Source: Candidatus Aminicenantales bacterium (GTDB lineage: Bacteria; Acidobacteriota; Aminicenantia; Aminicenantales; Aminicenantaceae). Taken from it: 64,000 nucleotides of DNA. The position numbers and the translations under genes are program-made. Where the stretch lies: assembly GCA_046760305.1 (NCBI GenBank), contig JBHIDX010000005.1, forward strand, positions 12,150-76,149. Direction: 5' to 3'. The notes under the pieces were generated by a model. It was given only the letters and a program-made list of their open reading frames with translations. It had not been told where the DNA came from and searched no databases. Position 1 is the first letter of the stretch, and each line of letters opens with the position of its first letter. This document shows, one piece after another, positions 49,278 to 59,448 of this stretch.

Positions 49278-50690
49278 ATGAAAATGTTAATAGGCGAAAA
49301 GTGGGTGGATAAAGATGAAAAGATAGAAGTAAGAAACCCCTTTGATAACTCTTTCATCGATACTGTGCCCTCAGCTCAGAAGGAGGACGTGGAAGCTGCC
49401 TTTGAGGCGGCTGAAGAAGGATTTAGAATCTGCCGCGACTTGCCTGTGCACAGGAGGATATCCATTCTTTACACAACAGCTGAAATAATCAGGGATAACC
49501 TCGAAGAATTTGCGCGGACAATAGCCACCGAGGGCAGCAAAACCATCCGCGAGGCACGAAAGGAAGTAAGCCGCTGTGTTGATACCGTCACCATCTCTGC
49601 CGAGGAAGCCAGGCGACTCGTAGGTGAGACAATCCCTTTTGACTCCCGGGAAGGTTCTGAAAACAGAATGGGACACTACTACCGGGTTCCGATTGGAACC
49701 ATCGTCGCCATCACGCCTTTTAATGATCCGCTCAATTTGGTAGCCCATAAGGTCGGGCCAGCCATCGCTGGCGGAAATTCAGTTGTCCTCAAGCCTGCCA
49801 CTGTTACCCCCCTCTCAGCCCTGAAACTCGGGGAAGCCTTCACTGAAGCAGGTCTTCCCTGGAAAGTCCTCAACATCGTCACCGGCAGGGCCTCAGATAT
49901 AGGTGATGCTCTGGTTGAAGACCCGAGAGCGAGGATGATTTCTTTTACGGGTGGAACAGAGGCAGGGCTGGAAATTACCAGAAAAGCAGGGCTGAAGAAA
50001 ATAGGGATGGAGCTGGGTTCAAACTCTCCGGTTATTGTCATGGATGATGCTGACCTCGAACAGGCTGTTGAGCTTTCTGTTTCAGGCGCTTTCTGGGCTG
50101 TTGGCCAGAACTGCATCGGGGTGCAGCGCATTTACATCCACCATAACATCTACGATGAATTCGAGAAGAGATTCGTGGAGAGAACAAAGAAGATTAGGGT
50201 CGGTTACCAGCTTGATGAGGAAACAGATATGGGGCCGATGATTACCGAAGGAGAAGCGGCCAGGGTGGAGGCCTGGGTCAAGGAGGCGGTTGAACTCGGT
50301 GCTGAACTCCTCACTGGGGGGAGCAGGAAGGGAACCCTTTTCGAACCGACTGTCTTCAGAAACATGCCCCAGGCAGCAAAACTTAACTGTGAGGAGGTTT
50401 TCGGACCGGTTGTCAATCTCTACAGGGTAAGCTCACTCGAAGAGGCTATAGCTTGCGCCAACAGCGTAAAATACGGACTTCACGGCGCCATCTTTACCCG
50501 CTCCCTGGCTCACGCTTTTAAGGCTCTGAAAGAGCTTGAAGTGGGAGGACTTATGGTCAATGACTCGACAGATTACAGGATAGATATGATGCCTTTTGGC
50601 GGAGTGAAATGGAGCGGACTTGGCCGGGAAGGAATAAAGTTTGCCCTTCAGGAAATGACAGAGCCCAAGCTGGTCTGCTTTAACCTCTAG
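49278..50690 (+). CDS. Aldehyde dehydrogenase family protein
   Basis: ALDH signatures ELGSNSP (Glu active site) and GQNCIGVQR (Cys active site). TTGACT-17-TATACA promoter upstream. Confidence 0.85.
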   Translation: MKMLIGEKWVDKDEKIEVRNPFDNSFIDTVPSAQKEDVEAAFEAAEEGFRICRDLPVHRRISILYTTAEIIRDNLEEFARTIATEGSKTIREARKEVSRCVDTVTISAEEARRLVGETIPFDSREGSENRMGHYYRVPIGTIVAITPFNDPLNLVAHKVGPAIAGGNSVVLKPATVTPLSALKLGEAFTEAGLPWKVLNIVTGRASDIGDALVEDPRARMISFTGGTEAGLEITRKAGLKKIGMELGSNSPVIVMDDADLEQAVELSVSGAFWAVGQNCIGVQRIYIHHNIYDEFEKRFVERTKKIRVGYQLDEETDMGPMITEGEAARVEAWVKEAVELGAELLTGGSRKGTLFEPTVFRNMPQAAKLNCEEVFGPVVNLYRVSSLEEAIACANSVKYGLHGAIFTRSLAHAFKALKELEVGGLMVNDSTDYRIDMMPFGGVKWSGLGREGIKFALQEMTEPKLVCFNL

Positions 50691-50758
50691 GGAGAACTTC
50701 AGAGCATGAGGGTAATCTTTCCCTGGATGAAATTTCTATCTTCACCGCTTTTTGCCTT

Positions 50759-52165
50759 TCAGAGCGAGTTGAGAGCAGTGTCGAGGTCCTCGATGATATC
50801 ATCCGGGTCTTCTCCACCCACACAGAGGCGTATCATATGGGGAGGAATGTCAGCTTTTTCGCGTGCTTCTTCTCCCTGCTGGAGATGAGTGGAGATGGCC
50901 GGAATGGTGGCCATACTCTTGATGCGACCTAGGTCTCCGGCTCTGAATATTATCCTGAAGCTGTCAAAGACCCTGCGTGCATTCTCAGGTGGACCCTCGA
51001 CGCGAAAGCTGAGGAGATGACCGTAACGGTTAACTTCATTTCCCTCGCCGTCATCAGAATCGACAAGCTTCATGTATTTTCTCGCCACATTGTGGAAATG
51101 GAAGCCTGGGAGGCCAAGATAATCAACCTGATAGACACGGGGATGCTTTTCCAGGAACTCAGCCACCTTATGGCAGTTCTGGCTCAGGAGGTCCATTTTA
51201 ATACGGAGAGTCCTCAGGTCATTAAGGGTAAAGAGGGCGTTTAGAGGGGAAGCTGCCGGACCATTATCTCTATAAGGAAGGAATTTTATGTATTCAGCAA
51301 AGCTTTCCTTAAAAAGAGGGTTTTCGTTTTTCAACTTGGAGACAATCGGCTTGCGGCTTATCAGCGCTCCTCCCACTGCCAGACCGCCTGCTGTCATCGA
51401 CTTGGTGAGAGAGTGGATAACTATGTCTGCTCCGTAAGCTATGGGCCTCATCAGGGCAGGTGTGGCACAGGTGGAGTCAAAGAGAAGCGGAATTTCCCAG
51501 GAATGTGCCACTTCTGCCAGTTGTCTGACATCGCAGAATGCCTGCTGGGGATTGCTCGGAGCTTCCATGTAGAGGAAGCGGGTATGCTCGTCAATATTCC
51601 TTTTCCATTCCTCAATATCATCTGGATGATGAACCCAACGAACTTCGATGCCCCTTTCCTTCATCTTCCTCACAGAAAAATGCTGGTAGGTGCCGCCATA
51701 AACCTGGATTGAGGAGACAAAGTTTATCCTCTCCTCATCCTTTTTCTGTTTGGCCAGAAGGGCATCCACGGCCAGCATGATGGCTGACATTCCAGAGGAG
51801 GTAACCACGCACGAAGTGTCTGCCCCCGTCTGGTAGCCTTCGAGCAGGGCAAGAACCCATTCTAGATAATAGGTGGTGGGGTTGGCGAAGCGGGTGTAGC
51901 ACCAGGTGGGTATGAGATAGGAGAGAGCTGCTTCCATCTCGTCTGCATCCCTGTAGGCCTGGGCTGTGGAAAGGTAGAGGGGTTCAATGGTCGCCCCCTG
52001 GTTCTGGTCAAGGGCCTCTTCCATAGTGTAGAGGCCGTGGACAGCGATGGTGTCGAATTTGAGCCTTTTTACTCTTCTGAGCTCTACTTCTCTTTCAGCC
52101 AGGTATTTCTTCGCCCTCTCAATGTATCTTTTGATGCCTTTTCCATGGTCTTTATGGTCACTCAT
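50759..52165 (-). CDS. Cys/Met-metabolism PLP-dependent enzyme (O-acetylhomoserine sulfhydrylase / cystathionine synthase family)
   Basis: Trans-sulfuration fold with HSLTKSMTAGG containing the PLP-lysine. About 30-aa N-terminal extension. Confidence 0.75.
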   Translation of the reverse strand: MSDHKDHGKGIKRYIERAKKYLAEREVELRRVKRLKFDTIAVHGLYTMEEALDQNQGATIEPLYLSTAQAYRDADEMEAALSYLIPTWCYTRFANPTTYYLEWVLALLEGYQTGADTSCVVTSSGMSAIMLAVDALLAKQKKDEERINFVSSIQVYGGTYQHFSVRKMKERGIEVRWVHHPDDIEEWKRNIDEHTRFLYMEAPSNPQQAFCDVRQLAEVAHSWEIPLLFDSTCATPALMRPIAYGADIVIHSLTKSMTAGGLAVGGALISRKPIVSKLKNENPLFKESFAEYIKFLPYRDNGPAASPLNALFTLNDLRTLRIKMDLLSQNCHKVAEFLEKHPRVYQVDYLGLPGFHFHNVARKYMKLVDSDDGEGNEVNRYGHLLSFRVEGPPENARRVFDSFRIIFRAGDLGRIKSMATIPAISTHLQQGEEAREKADIPPHMIRLCVGGEDPDDIIEDLDTALNSL

Positions 52166-52212
52166 GGCTTCTCCTAAATGTGGTCTTTATCTTTAATTTT
52201 GGGGGAAAACTC

Positions 52213-53433
52213 TTACTGCTTTTTTCCTGACATGTATTTTCTTATGGCTGCGCCCAGCCTTTTCACGCCTTCGAGAATCTGGTCCTTGGTGGGAAAAGAA
52301 AAGTTTATCCTCATCGTGTTGTAGCGGCGGTAGCCTTGAGGATAAAAAACTTCTCCGGGAACAAAGGCCACTTTCTCTTCGATAGCCTTGTGGAAGAGGT
52401 CAAGAGTGTTTATCTCCGTGGGGGTAGTGATCCAGAGGAAGAGGCCGCCTTCTGGTTTTGTCCAGCTTACTCCAAGGTCATGAGGAAAATATGTGTCCAT
52501 GGCCTCAAGAAAGAAATTCAGTTTTTCAGAATAGTATTTTACCGCTCTCCTGAAATGGGCTTCAAGGTTGTATTCCCGGAGAAAAGCGGTGCAGATATCT
52601 TGGTTGAGCTTGGGGGTGTTGAGGATATTCGCTCCTTTGATGAACGAGAATTTCTGTATTACCTGAGGAGGACCGATGTTGAAGCCGACACGCAATCCCG
52701 GGCAGAGAATCTTAGAAAAAGTGTAAACACCAATCACATTTCCCTGGTTTTTGTCTAGGGAATAAATGGAAGGAATTGCCTCGCCCCTGTATCGTAGCTC
52801 CCTGTAAGGGCTGTCCTCAACGATTGGGATACGGTAGCGGATACTCAGCTCGAGGAGAGCCTTTCTTTTCTCGAGCGACATGGTGATACCCGAAGGATTC
52901 TGGAAATCGGGCACGATGTAGAAAAACTTCGGTTTTTTTCCCTTTTCCAGGGCCTTTTTTATTCCCTCTTCCATGCCTTTGACGTCGCTGCCGTCTTCTT
53001 CGATATCGAGGGCAATGTAACGGGCGCCTTCCATCTCAAAAGAAGCCAGGGCCCCGCCAAAAGTGGGAAGGTCAGCTACGATCAGGTCTCCGGGTTCGAG
53101 AAAAAGCCTGCCCACAAGGTCAAGCCCGTGCTGCCCTGAAGTTGTAATCATGATGTTTTCCGGACCGATGTAGATGTTGTCGTGCTTAAGGTAGTCTATG
53201 ATGGCTTCCATCAGATCTTTCTCCCCTCTGATGGGAGAGTACTGGAGCACATGTTCAGCGTCTTTCTTCAGAGCTCTCTCAGCTGACTTCAAGATAAATT
53301 CGCGGGGGAAAAGGTCGGTGCTCGGCAGACCACCGGCAAAAGAGATGATTTCAGGGTCAGTAATGTACTGGAGGGTTTTGCCTATGGCATAACCATCGAA
53401 ATCTTTCATGATTTCGCTGAAGAGTGACTTCAT
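52213..53433 (-). CDS. PLP-dependent aminotransferase (class I/II, AAT/2-aminoadipate-type)
   Basis: ISFAGGLP and YTFSKILCPGLRVG motifs. Confidence 0.75.
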   Translation of the reverse strand: MKSLFSEIMKDFDGYAIGKTLQYITDPEIISFAGGLPSTDLFPREFILKSAERALKKDAEHVLQYSPIRGEKDLMEAIIDYLKHDNIYIGPENIMITTSGQHGLDLVGRLFLEPGDLIVADLPTFGGALASFEMEGARYIALDIEEDGSDVKGMEEGIKKALEKGKKPKFFYIVPDFQNPSGITMSLEKRKALLELSIRYRIPIVEDSPYRELRYRGEAIPSIYSLDKNQGNVIGVYTFSKILCPGLRVGFNIGPPQVIQKFSFIKGANILNTPKLNQDICTAFLREYNLEAHFRRAVKYYSEKLNFFLEAMDTYFPHDLGVSWTKPEGGLFLWITTPTEINTLDLFHKAIEEKVAFVPGEVFYPQGYRRYNTMRINFSFPTKDQILEGVKRLGAAIRKYMSGKKQ

Positions 53434-53793
53434 TTAGGATTTCACCTTGTAGCGATCTGGGGCGTCGAAGACATCTATGGCGTTGACCCTTGTCAGGAAA
53501 AAGGCCGAATGTTCTATTCCCTCTGGTATGTAATACCAGTCCCCTTTCTCAAAGACCTTTGTTTCCTCTCCGATGGTAAGCGACATCCTTCCCTCGAGCA
53601 CTATTCCCCATTGAGCGCAGTGCGTGTGGGGAGGGACTTTGCCGATGGGCTCGATATCGAAGAAGACTACCTGATGGCTTCCTCCCTGGATGAGCCAGCC
53701 TCTGAGTCCCTTAAAGGGAACATTAATCTCGGGTAGTTTCCTTATCATTTCTGGATACGGTGTTCCTTCCCAGCCTTTCATTAATTCTTTCAT
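53434..53793 (-). CDS. Cupin domain protein
   Basis: Two cupin motifs (PPHTHCAQWGIVLEG and GDWYYIPEGIEH). 119 aa. Confidence 0.6.
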   Translation of the reverse strand: MKELMKGWEGTPYPEMIRKLPEINVPFKGLRGWLIQGGSHQVVFFDIEPIGKVPPHTHCAQWGIVLEGRMSLTIGEETKVFEKGDWYYIPEGIEHSAFFLTRVNAIDVFDAPDRYKVKS

Positions 53794-53852
53794 CTTCTCC
53801 TTCCTTTAAAGCAGCTAACCTGACTTATTCATAAAGAATGCCGGCAATCAGG

Positions 53853-54644
53853 TTAGTAAAGAGCTTTAATATAGCCTCCGTCTACCTGGAGGGCAACGCC
53901 TGTGATGTAAGCCGCACCTTCTGAGGCGAGGAAGGCCACGGCACTGGCAATCTCTTCCGGTTTGCCGAGTCGTCCGAGCGGAATATCTTTTTCTATCTTG
54001 CGGTAAAAATCGTCGATTGTTCCCCTGCCTTTTTCCTCGAAGTCCTGTGCCAGCTCCTCCACTCTTTCTGTTTTTGTGTAGCCGGGGCAGACAGAATTTA
54101 CAGTTATACCAAAACGTCCGAGCTGGTTGGAGAGAGATTTTGAAAATCCGAGTACACCGGCGCGGGCTGTGTTGGAAAGGATGAGATTATCTATGGGTTG
54201 CTTGGCAGAGATGGAGGTCATGATGATTATCCTTCCCCATCGCCTTTCTTTCATGATGGAGATTACTTCATAGCAGAGGTTAATGGTACTCATCAGGTTG
54301 AGCTCAAGCGCCTGGCGGTAGTCCTGGGGAGAGAAATCTTCTATCAGTCCTGCTGGCGGTCCTCCTGCATTGGTGACCAGAATGTCGATAGCTCCGTACT
54401 CTCTTACTGTTTCCTCGACCATACTTTTAACCTGATCTCTGTCCCTGACATCGACTGCGAACGCTTTTACCTCCTTTCCGGTTTCGGCCGAGATTTCTTC
54501 CTTCGTCTTCATCAGTTTTTCTTTCCCTCTGGCGCAGATGACGGCATTCGCTCCTTCGCTGGAAAGCTTATAAGCTATGGCTTTGCCCAGACCCCTGCTC
54601 GAGGCTGCCACAAGGGCGGTTTTTTCATCTAGGCCTAAGTCCAT
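53853..54644 (-). CDS. SDR family oxidoreductase (3-oxoacyl-ACP-reductase-like)
   Basis: TALVAASSRGLGKAIA Rossmann motif and YxxxK catalytic motif region. 263 aa. Confidence 0.85.
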   Translation of the reverse strand: MDLGLDEKTALVAASSRGLGKAIAYKLSSEGANAVICARGKEKLMKTKEEISAETGKEVKAFAVDVRDRDQVKSMVEETVREYGAIDILVTNAGGPPAGLIEDFSPQDYRQALELNLMSTINLCYEVISIMKERRWGRIIIMTSISAKQPIDNLILSNTARAGVLGFSKSLSNQLGRFGITVNSVCPGYTKTERVEELAQDFEEKGRGTIDDFYRKIEKDIPLGRLGKPEEIASAVAFLASEGAAYITGVALQVDGGYIKALY

Positions 54645-54705
54645 TTTCCTCTCCTCTTTTTGGTCCCTGAAATCTAAGTTTCTTTACTGCTTGAGGCTGA
54701 TTGTT

Positions 54706-55947
54706 TTAGACATTCTCTTTGTAGCTTATCCTGGCAAATCTTGCTTCGTGGCCTCTTTTCATAATCTCCTTGGCGTCTTTATCGCACCGGACACATTTAT
54801 GGTAGATGACATCTCCAATAATTTCTCCTTTTTCGTTTCTCTCTTCGTCTGAAAGGAAGTAGGCTTCCATGGTATCGTAGGCACGGGAGGTTCCGTCACT
54901 TTCGTACTTAATGGTCAGGTCTGTGCCTGAATCAAGGACTTTAAAAGCGCTTTCTGTCCAGTTAAAGTCAGCCATGCCCAGGTCAGGGTTTATCCTCAGG
55001 TGGGCGGCAAGATAGATTCGTGGAAGAGCTGAGGCCTTCAGCTCCTCCGAGCACTGGATGAATGTTTCGGCAGTGGCCGCATTTCCGATGTTGATTTCAT
55101 AGATGGGTGAAGTGCAGTCCTCACGCAGATATTCTTTTATTATGTTCATCAGCATGCGGAGCATGATAACATTCTGGGTGGAGAGCAGCATCGAGATTTT
55201 GAAGGAAAGGTTGGGAATTTCCCTGGCATAATAGCAGGCAGCAACGATGGTTGACCAGCTCGGGTTGAGAAAAAAATTGTTTCCGGTGGCAAGAGCTGTT
55301 CTTGTCACTCCATCCAGGTAGACGAGGTGATTGTTGTTGCCGACTTCAACCCCACCCAGATTTCCGTAAGGAGTACCCATGTTTTTAAGGATTATCTGAC
55401 TCAGTCCCCCACCCAGATCTTTTCTCTCGAATTTTTCCCCTGTTACTTTCTCCACCCTGGCAAATCTTTCTTCAGGTAGGGGCGTGGTAAGCAGGTTGGT
55501 GGAGCAGAATTTACTCGCTCCCAGTATATTTTCGGCCATGGCAAGAGTGGCCAGGAGCTCACCCTCGTAGACATAGCGGTCAGTGAGTCCGACGACAGAA
55601 ATCATTTCTGCCGGGAAAAGCAGATCACCGTTTTCAGCTATTTTTTCGATACAGTAAAAGGTCGGCCGGGCTCCCTGGAATCCTGAGACCTGGGTGGTGC
55701 AGGTTCCTTTTTTTATGAATTTTATGTTGTTTCTCTCGATGAAATCTTCAACTTTGGAGAATCTTTTGCTGAGCTCTTCTGCCTTTTCCAGCATCTCGCT
55801 GTAACCTTTTTCTCCTGCCTTTTTCTTCCTCGTCTGGTAATCTCTCATTTTCTCTATCTGTTTTGAAATTTCTTTGGCTCCTCCATAAGAATCGAGGAGG
55901 GCGTCCATGGCCTTGAGGTCGTTTTTACTCAGAAGCTTAAAGTGCAT
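54706..55947 (-). CDS. Conserved hypothetical protein (413 aa, no confident family assignment)
   Basis: Soluble. No Rossmann or Fe-S motif apart from a single C-terminal CVRC pair. Lies inside a hom / metY-like / aminotransferase cluster. Confidence 0.4.
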   Translation of the reverse strand: MHFKLLSKNDLKAMDALLDSYGGAKEISKQIEKMRDYQTRKKKAGEKGYSEMLEKAEELSKRFSKVEDFIERNNIKFIKKGTCTTQVSGFQGARPTFYCIEKIAENGDLLFPAEMISVVGLTDRYVYEGELLATLAMAENILGASKFCSTNLLTTPLPEERFARVEKVTGEKFERKDLGGGLSQIILKNMGTPYGNLGGVEVGNNNHLVYLDGVTRTALATGNNFFLNPSWSTIVAACYYAREIPNLSFKISMLLSTQNVIMLRMLMNIIKEYLREDCTSPIYEINIGNAATAETFIQCSEELKASALPRIYLAAHLRINPDLGMADFNWTESAFKVLDSGTDLTIKYESDGTSRAYDTMEAYFLSDEERNEKGEIIGDVIYHKCVRCDKDAKEIMKRGHEARFARISYKENV

Positions 55948-56000
55948 ATTTTACCTCCTCTAAAAATGGTGACAGTACTAAGTATATTAAAAATTACTCC

Positions 56001-57050
56001 TTAATGTCTGAGGCTGCGGTGGATGGCGAGGATATCAGCCAGGAGAGAATATCCTGTCTCTAATTTCCCCGCACCAGGCCCCTGAATGGTAACTCTGCCT
56101 ATTAAGTCGAGGTCAAAGGTAAGCGCATTTTCAGCTCCCATCACCCCTGCTAGAGGGTTTGAGAGAGGGAGCTTTTGAGGAGCGACAGAGGCCTTGACAC
56201 CCCCGGCCTTTTTTTTTGTCGAAGCAATGAGCTTGTAGCGCATTCCCTCAGCCTTTGCCTCTTTTACCATTTCCTTAGAAATCCAGCTTATGCCCTGGCA
56301 AGGAACCTCTGTGGGCGTTATGTCCCCGTCGAGCAGCACGTTAGAAAGGATCAAAACCTTGGCCAGGGCATCGTGACCCTCGACATCAGCCGTGGGGTCA
56401 GCCTCAGCATAACCCAGCTTTTGAGCGAGCGTAAGTGCCTCATCATATTCCATGTTTTCCTCTTCCATTTTGGAGAGGATGAAGTTTGTTGTTCCGTTCA
56501 GGATGCCTGTTATCTCTTTTATCTCGTTTCCTGCCAGGGAAGTCTCGAAAAGGTTAAAAACAGGCGTTCCGCTCATCACTGTGCCCTCAAACCTGAAAAA
56601 AACATCGTTTTCCTCTGCCAGGTTCTTAAGCTCCTTGTAGAAAAGGGCAGCAGGTCCTTTGTTAGAGGATACAACGTGTTTTCCGCTCTGGAGAGCTCGC
56701 CGGATATGGCTTGTGGCAGGTTCCCCAGTCTTGATATCCGTGTAAGTTAATTCGGCCACGATTGAGGCTTCGCAGGCCTCGATTATCTCCAGAGCATCCA
56801 TTCCCTCAGCCGCGTTTTTTGCGCCTTCGAGATATTTCTCGATTCTTTTTTCCTCGTTGAGGAGGCTGAGGAGTTTCTCAATCTTAATTCCTTCAGGAAC
56901 GAGAATTGAACCTTTAAGTCTGTCACTGATAGCCACCACCCTGGCTTCGAAATCGTAATTCTTCTTGAGAAAGTCTTTTTTACGGACAAGGATCTCGAGC
57001 AGGCCCTGACCCACAGTTCCACATCCGATAAGGGCCAGCTTGTGTTCCAT
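56001..57050 (-). CDS. hom: Homoserine dehydrogenase
   Basis: LIGCGTVGQG NAD-binding motif. Homoserine dehydrogenase catalytic domain. 349 aa (no ACT domain). Confidence 0.85.
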   Translation of the reverse strand: MEHKLALIGCGTVGQGLLEILVRKKDFLKKNYDFEARVVAISDRLKGSILVPEGIKIEKLLSLLNEEKRIEKYLEGAKNAAEGMDALEIIEACEASIVAELTYTDIKTGEPATSHIRRALQSGKHVVSSNKGPAALFYKELKNLAEENDVFFRFEGTVMSGTPVFNLFETSLAGNEIKEITGILNGTTNFILSKMEEENMEYDEALTLAQKLGYAEADPTADVEGHDALAKVLILSNVLLDGDITPTEVPCQGISWISKEMVKEAKAEGMRYKLIASTKKKAGGVKASVAPQKLPLSNPLAGVMGAENALTFDLDLIGRVTIQGPGAGKLETGYSLLADILAIHRSLRH

Positions 57051-57192
57051 TCCACCCTCCTCAGGTGATTGTAGTTTTTCTGCCTGGCTGGCAGGCGATT
57101 CAATTTACCATATATTCAGCTAAAAGTGAAATATCAATTGAATCCGGGAAGGGGAAATCGCTCGCTTCGGGTATTTAACGCCATTGCCGGAT

Positions 57193-58308
57193 TCATTCTA
57201 AGTATTTTCTGAAGCGAAGGGAGCTGAAGGTGCTGGCAGCGAAACCGAAGATAAAAAGCACCACGATTTCAGGCCAAAGCTGGGAGAAACCATTGCCTTT
57301 AAGCAGAATCCCTCTCACAGCATAAACATAGTAGCGCAGCGGATTGAGGTAGGTAAGATACTGGATAATCCTGGGCATGCTTTCGAGAGGTGAGAATATG
57401 CCAGAAAGGAGCATGGCGGGCATGATAAAGAAAAAAGTAGTCATCATCGCCTGCTGCTGGGTGCGGGAGATGGTGGAGATGTATGTTCCTGTGCTCAGGG
57501 TGGTGAGGATGAAGATGAAAGAAACGAAAAGCAGAAAGACAATGCTTCCTTTTATGGGCAGGTTGAAGATGAGCTTTCCTGCGATGAGGATGAGGATGAC
57601 ATCAATGAAACCGATGATGATAAAAGGTACAGTCTTACCAATGATAAGCTCCATGGGCTTTATGGGCGAAACGATAAGCTGTTCCAGAGTGCCCATTTCC
57701 CTTTCCTTGGTGATGGCCATCGAGGTGAGAATCAATGTCGACATGAGAAGGATAAGGCAGATTACGCCCGGAACCATAAAGTGAGAACTCTTGAGGGCTG
57801 GGTTGTACCAGACTCTCGGCTGAGGGGTAATGGTGGCCAGAGGGTAGGTTTTTCTGACTTCAGCTTTTATATTGCTGAGATACTCTGCCGTCAGCTTTTG
57901 AATGTAGCTCTGAATAATGGTGGCCGTGTTAGCATCAGTTCCATCGAGGATAACCTGGAGAGAGGTTTGCTTCATTTTCTTTATATTTCTGGAAAAATTT
58001 GCTGGAACAACGACTGCTGCCTTCACCCGGCCTGTCTGGACCAGCCTGTCTATCTCATCGGGAGCGGTGAGAGTGTAGTCCACACTAAAATATTCAGAGC
58101 TTTCAAAGAGGGATATTAGAGTCCTGCTCTCCTGAGTTCTGTCAAGGTCAAGGACTGCCAGATGAATGTTTTTGATGTCAGTTGTAACCGCGTAGCCAAA
58201 GAGGATAAGCTGAAGGACCGGAACAATGAAAAGGGGAAAGAGCATTCTCCTGTCCCTGAAGGTCTGTATAAATTCTTTCTTTACGATATGTGTTATTGTT
58301 TGAAACAT
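57193..58308 (-). CDS. ABC-2 type transporter permease
   Basis: N-terminal cytoplasmic segment, large periplasmic loop, then five TM helices, which is the YbhR/YbhS-like topology. Confidence 0.8.
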   Translation of the reverse strand: MFQTITHIVKKEFIQTFRDRRMLFPLFIVPVLQLILFGYAVTTDIKNIHLAVLDLDRTQESRTLISLFESSEYFSVDYTLTAPDEIDRLVQTGRVKAAVVVPANFSRNIKKMKQTSLQVILDGTDANTATIIQSYIQKLTAEYLSNIKAEVRKTYPLATITPQPRVWYNPALKSSHFMVPGVICLILLMSTLILTSMAITKEREMGTLEQLIVSPIKPMELIIGKTVPFIIIGFIDVILILIAGKLIFNLPIKGSIVFLLFVSFIFILTTLSTGTYISTISRTQQQAMMTTFFFIMPAMLLSGIFSPLESMPRIIQYLTYLNPLRYYVYAVRGILLKGNGFSQLWPEIVVLFIFGFAASTFSSLRFRKYLE

Positions 58309-58309
58309 T

Positions 58310-59446
58310 TTACTCCAGGCTGAGTTTGAGTCTTATTGAACAGGCAAGGAAGATAACTGTTCCGATGATGAGGAGGGGAATAAGTTCGAAAAAATGATAG
58401 TGAAAAGTGTTTCCTTTGAGGAATATACCTCTGAGGATTACAAGGAAATATTTTGCCGGCACGAGAAAGGTGAAGAGCTGAATGATACGGGGCATACTGG
58501 CCACAGGAAAGATAAATCCGGAGAGGATGAATGACGGCAGCAGGCTTGAGAGGACAGAAAACATGAAAGCGAGCTGCTGAGATTTGGCTATGGTAGAGAT
58601 GAGAAGTCCAATGCCCAGGCCGCAGATAAGAAATATGAAGGTGGCAGTGATTAAAAGAAGGAGGCTTCCTTTGATGTGAATTTTGAAAAGGAGCATTCCA
58701 GTGGCAACGACGAGTATCATCTGGATTATGCCCAGAAAAAAATAAGGAAGAAGTTTTCCGATTATGATTTCAAAGGGTTTCACTGGAGTCGAGATTAGCT
58801 GCTCCATTGTTCCCACTTCCCATTCGCGGGCTATAGTGAGGGAGGTGAGCATTGAAGCGAGAATCATCATTACCACGGCAATCAGCCCGGGCACGATGAA
58901 AAACGTGCTGTTCAGGGCAGGGTTAAACCAGGCTCTTGTCCTTAGCTCGACAGGTGGGAGTTGAGCTGCAGCCTGCATGTTTCTGCCCCCAGGTGTTTTT
59001 ATGCTAATGATTGATGAGAAATTATAGATAATCCTCGATAGATAGCCAAGTGCTATAAGGGCTGTGTTATTGTCTGTGCCGTCTAAAAGGAGCTGAAGAG
59101 AGACATCTTTTCCCCTTGAGATATCACGGGAAAAGTGAGCAGGGATAACGACAACAATCCTTGCTTTTCCCCTCTCCAGAATCCTCTCCACACCTGAGTA
59201 GTTGTTTGAATGATGAACAATGTCAAAGTACTCATTCGAGCCCAGGATTGAGATGAGTTCCCGGCTGAGGCTTGTTGAGTCAAGGTCGATTACGCTGATT
59301 GGGATATGCTTTATGTTAAAGGTGATGGCATAGCCAAAGAGGATAATGAGAAGAATTGGAATTCCGACTGCAATGTAAAGGCTCCTGGGGTCTCTCAGGA
59401 TGTGTATCATTTCCTTCCTCATGAGGGGGAAAATTCTGCTTCTCAC
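58310..59446 (-). CDS. ABC-2 type transporter permease (second subunit)
   Basis: Paralogous to the adjacent permease with the same topology. Confidence 0.8.
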   Translation of the reverse strand: MRSRIFPLMRKEMIHILRDPRSLYIAVGIPILLIILFGYAITFNIKHIPISVIDLDSTSLSRELISILGSNEYFDIVHHSNNYSGVERILERGKARIVVVIPAHFSRDISRGKDVSLQLLLDGTDNNTALIALGYLSRIIYNFSSIISIKTPGGRNMQAAAQLPPVELRTRAWFNPALNSTFFIVPGLIAVVMMILASMLTSLTIAREWEVGTMEQLISTPVKPFEIIIGKLLPYFFLGIIQMILVVATGMLLFKIHIKGSLLLLITATFIFLICGLGIGLLISTIAKSQQLAFMFSVLSSLLPSFILSGFIFPVASMPRIIQLFTFLVPAKYFLVILRGIFLKGNTFHYHFFELIPLLIIGTVIFLACSIRLKLSLE

Positions 59447-59448
59447 TC

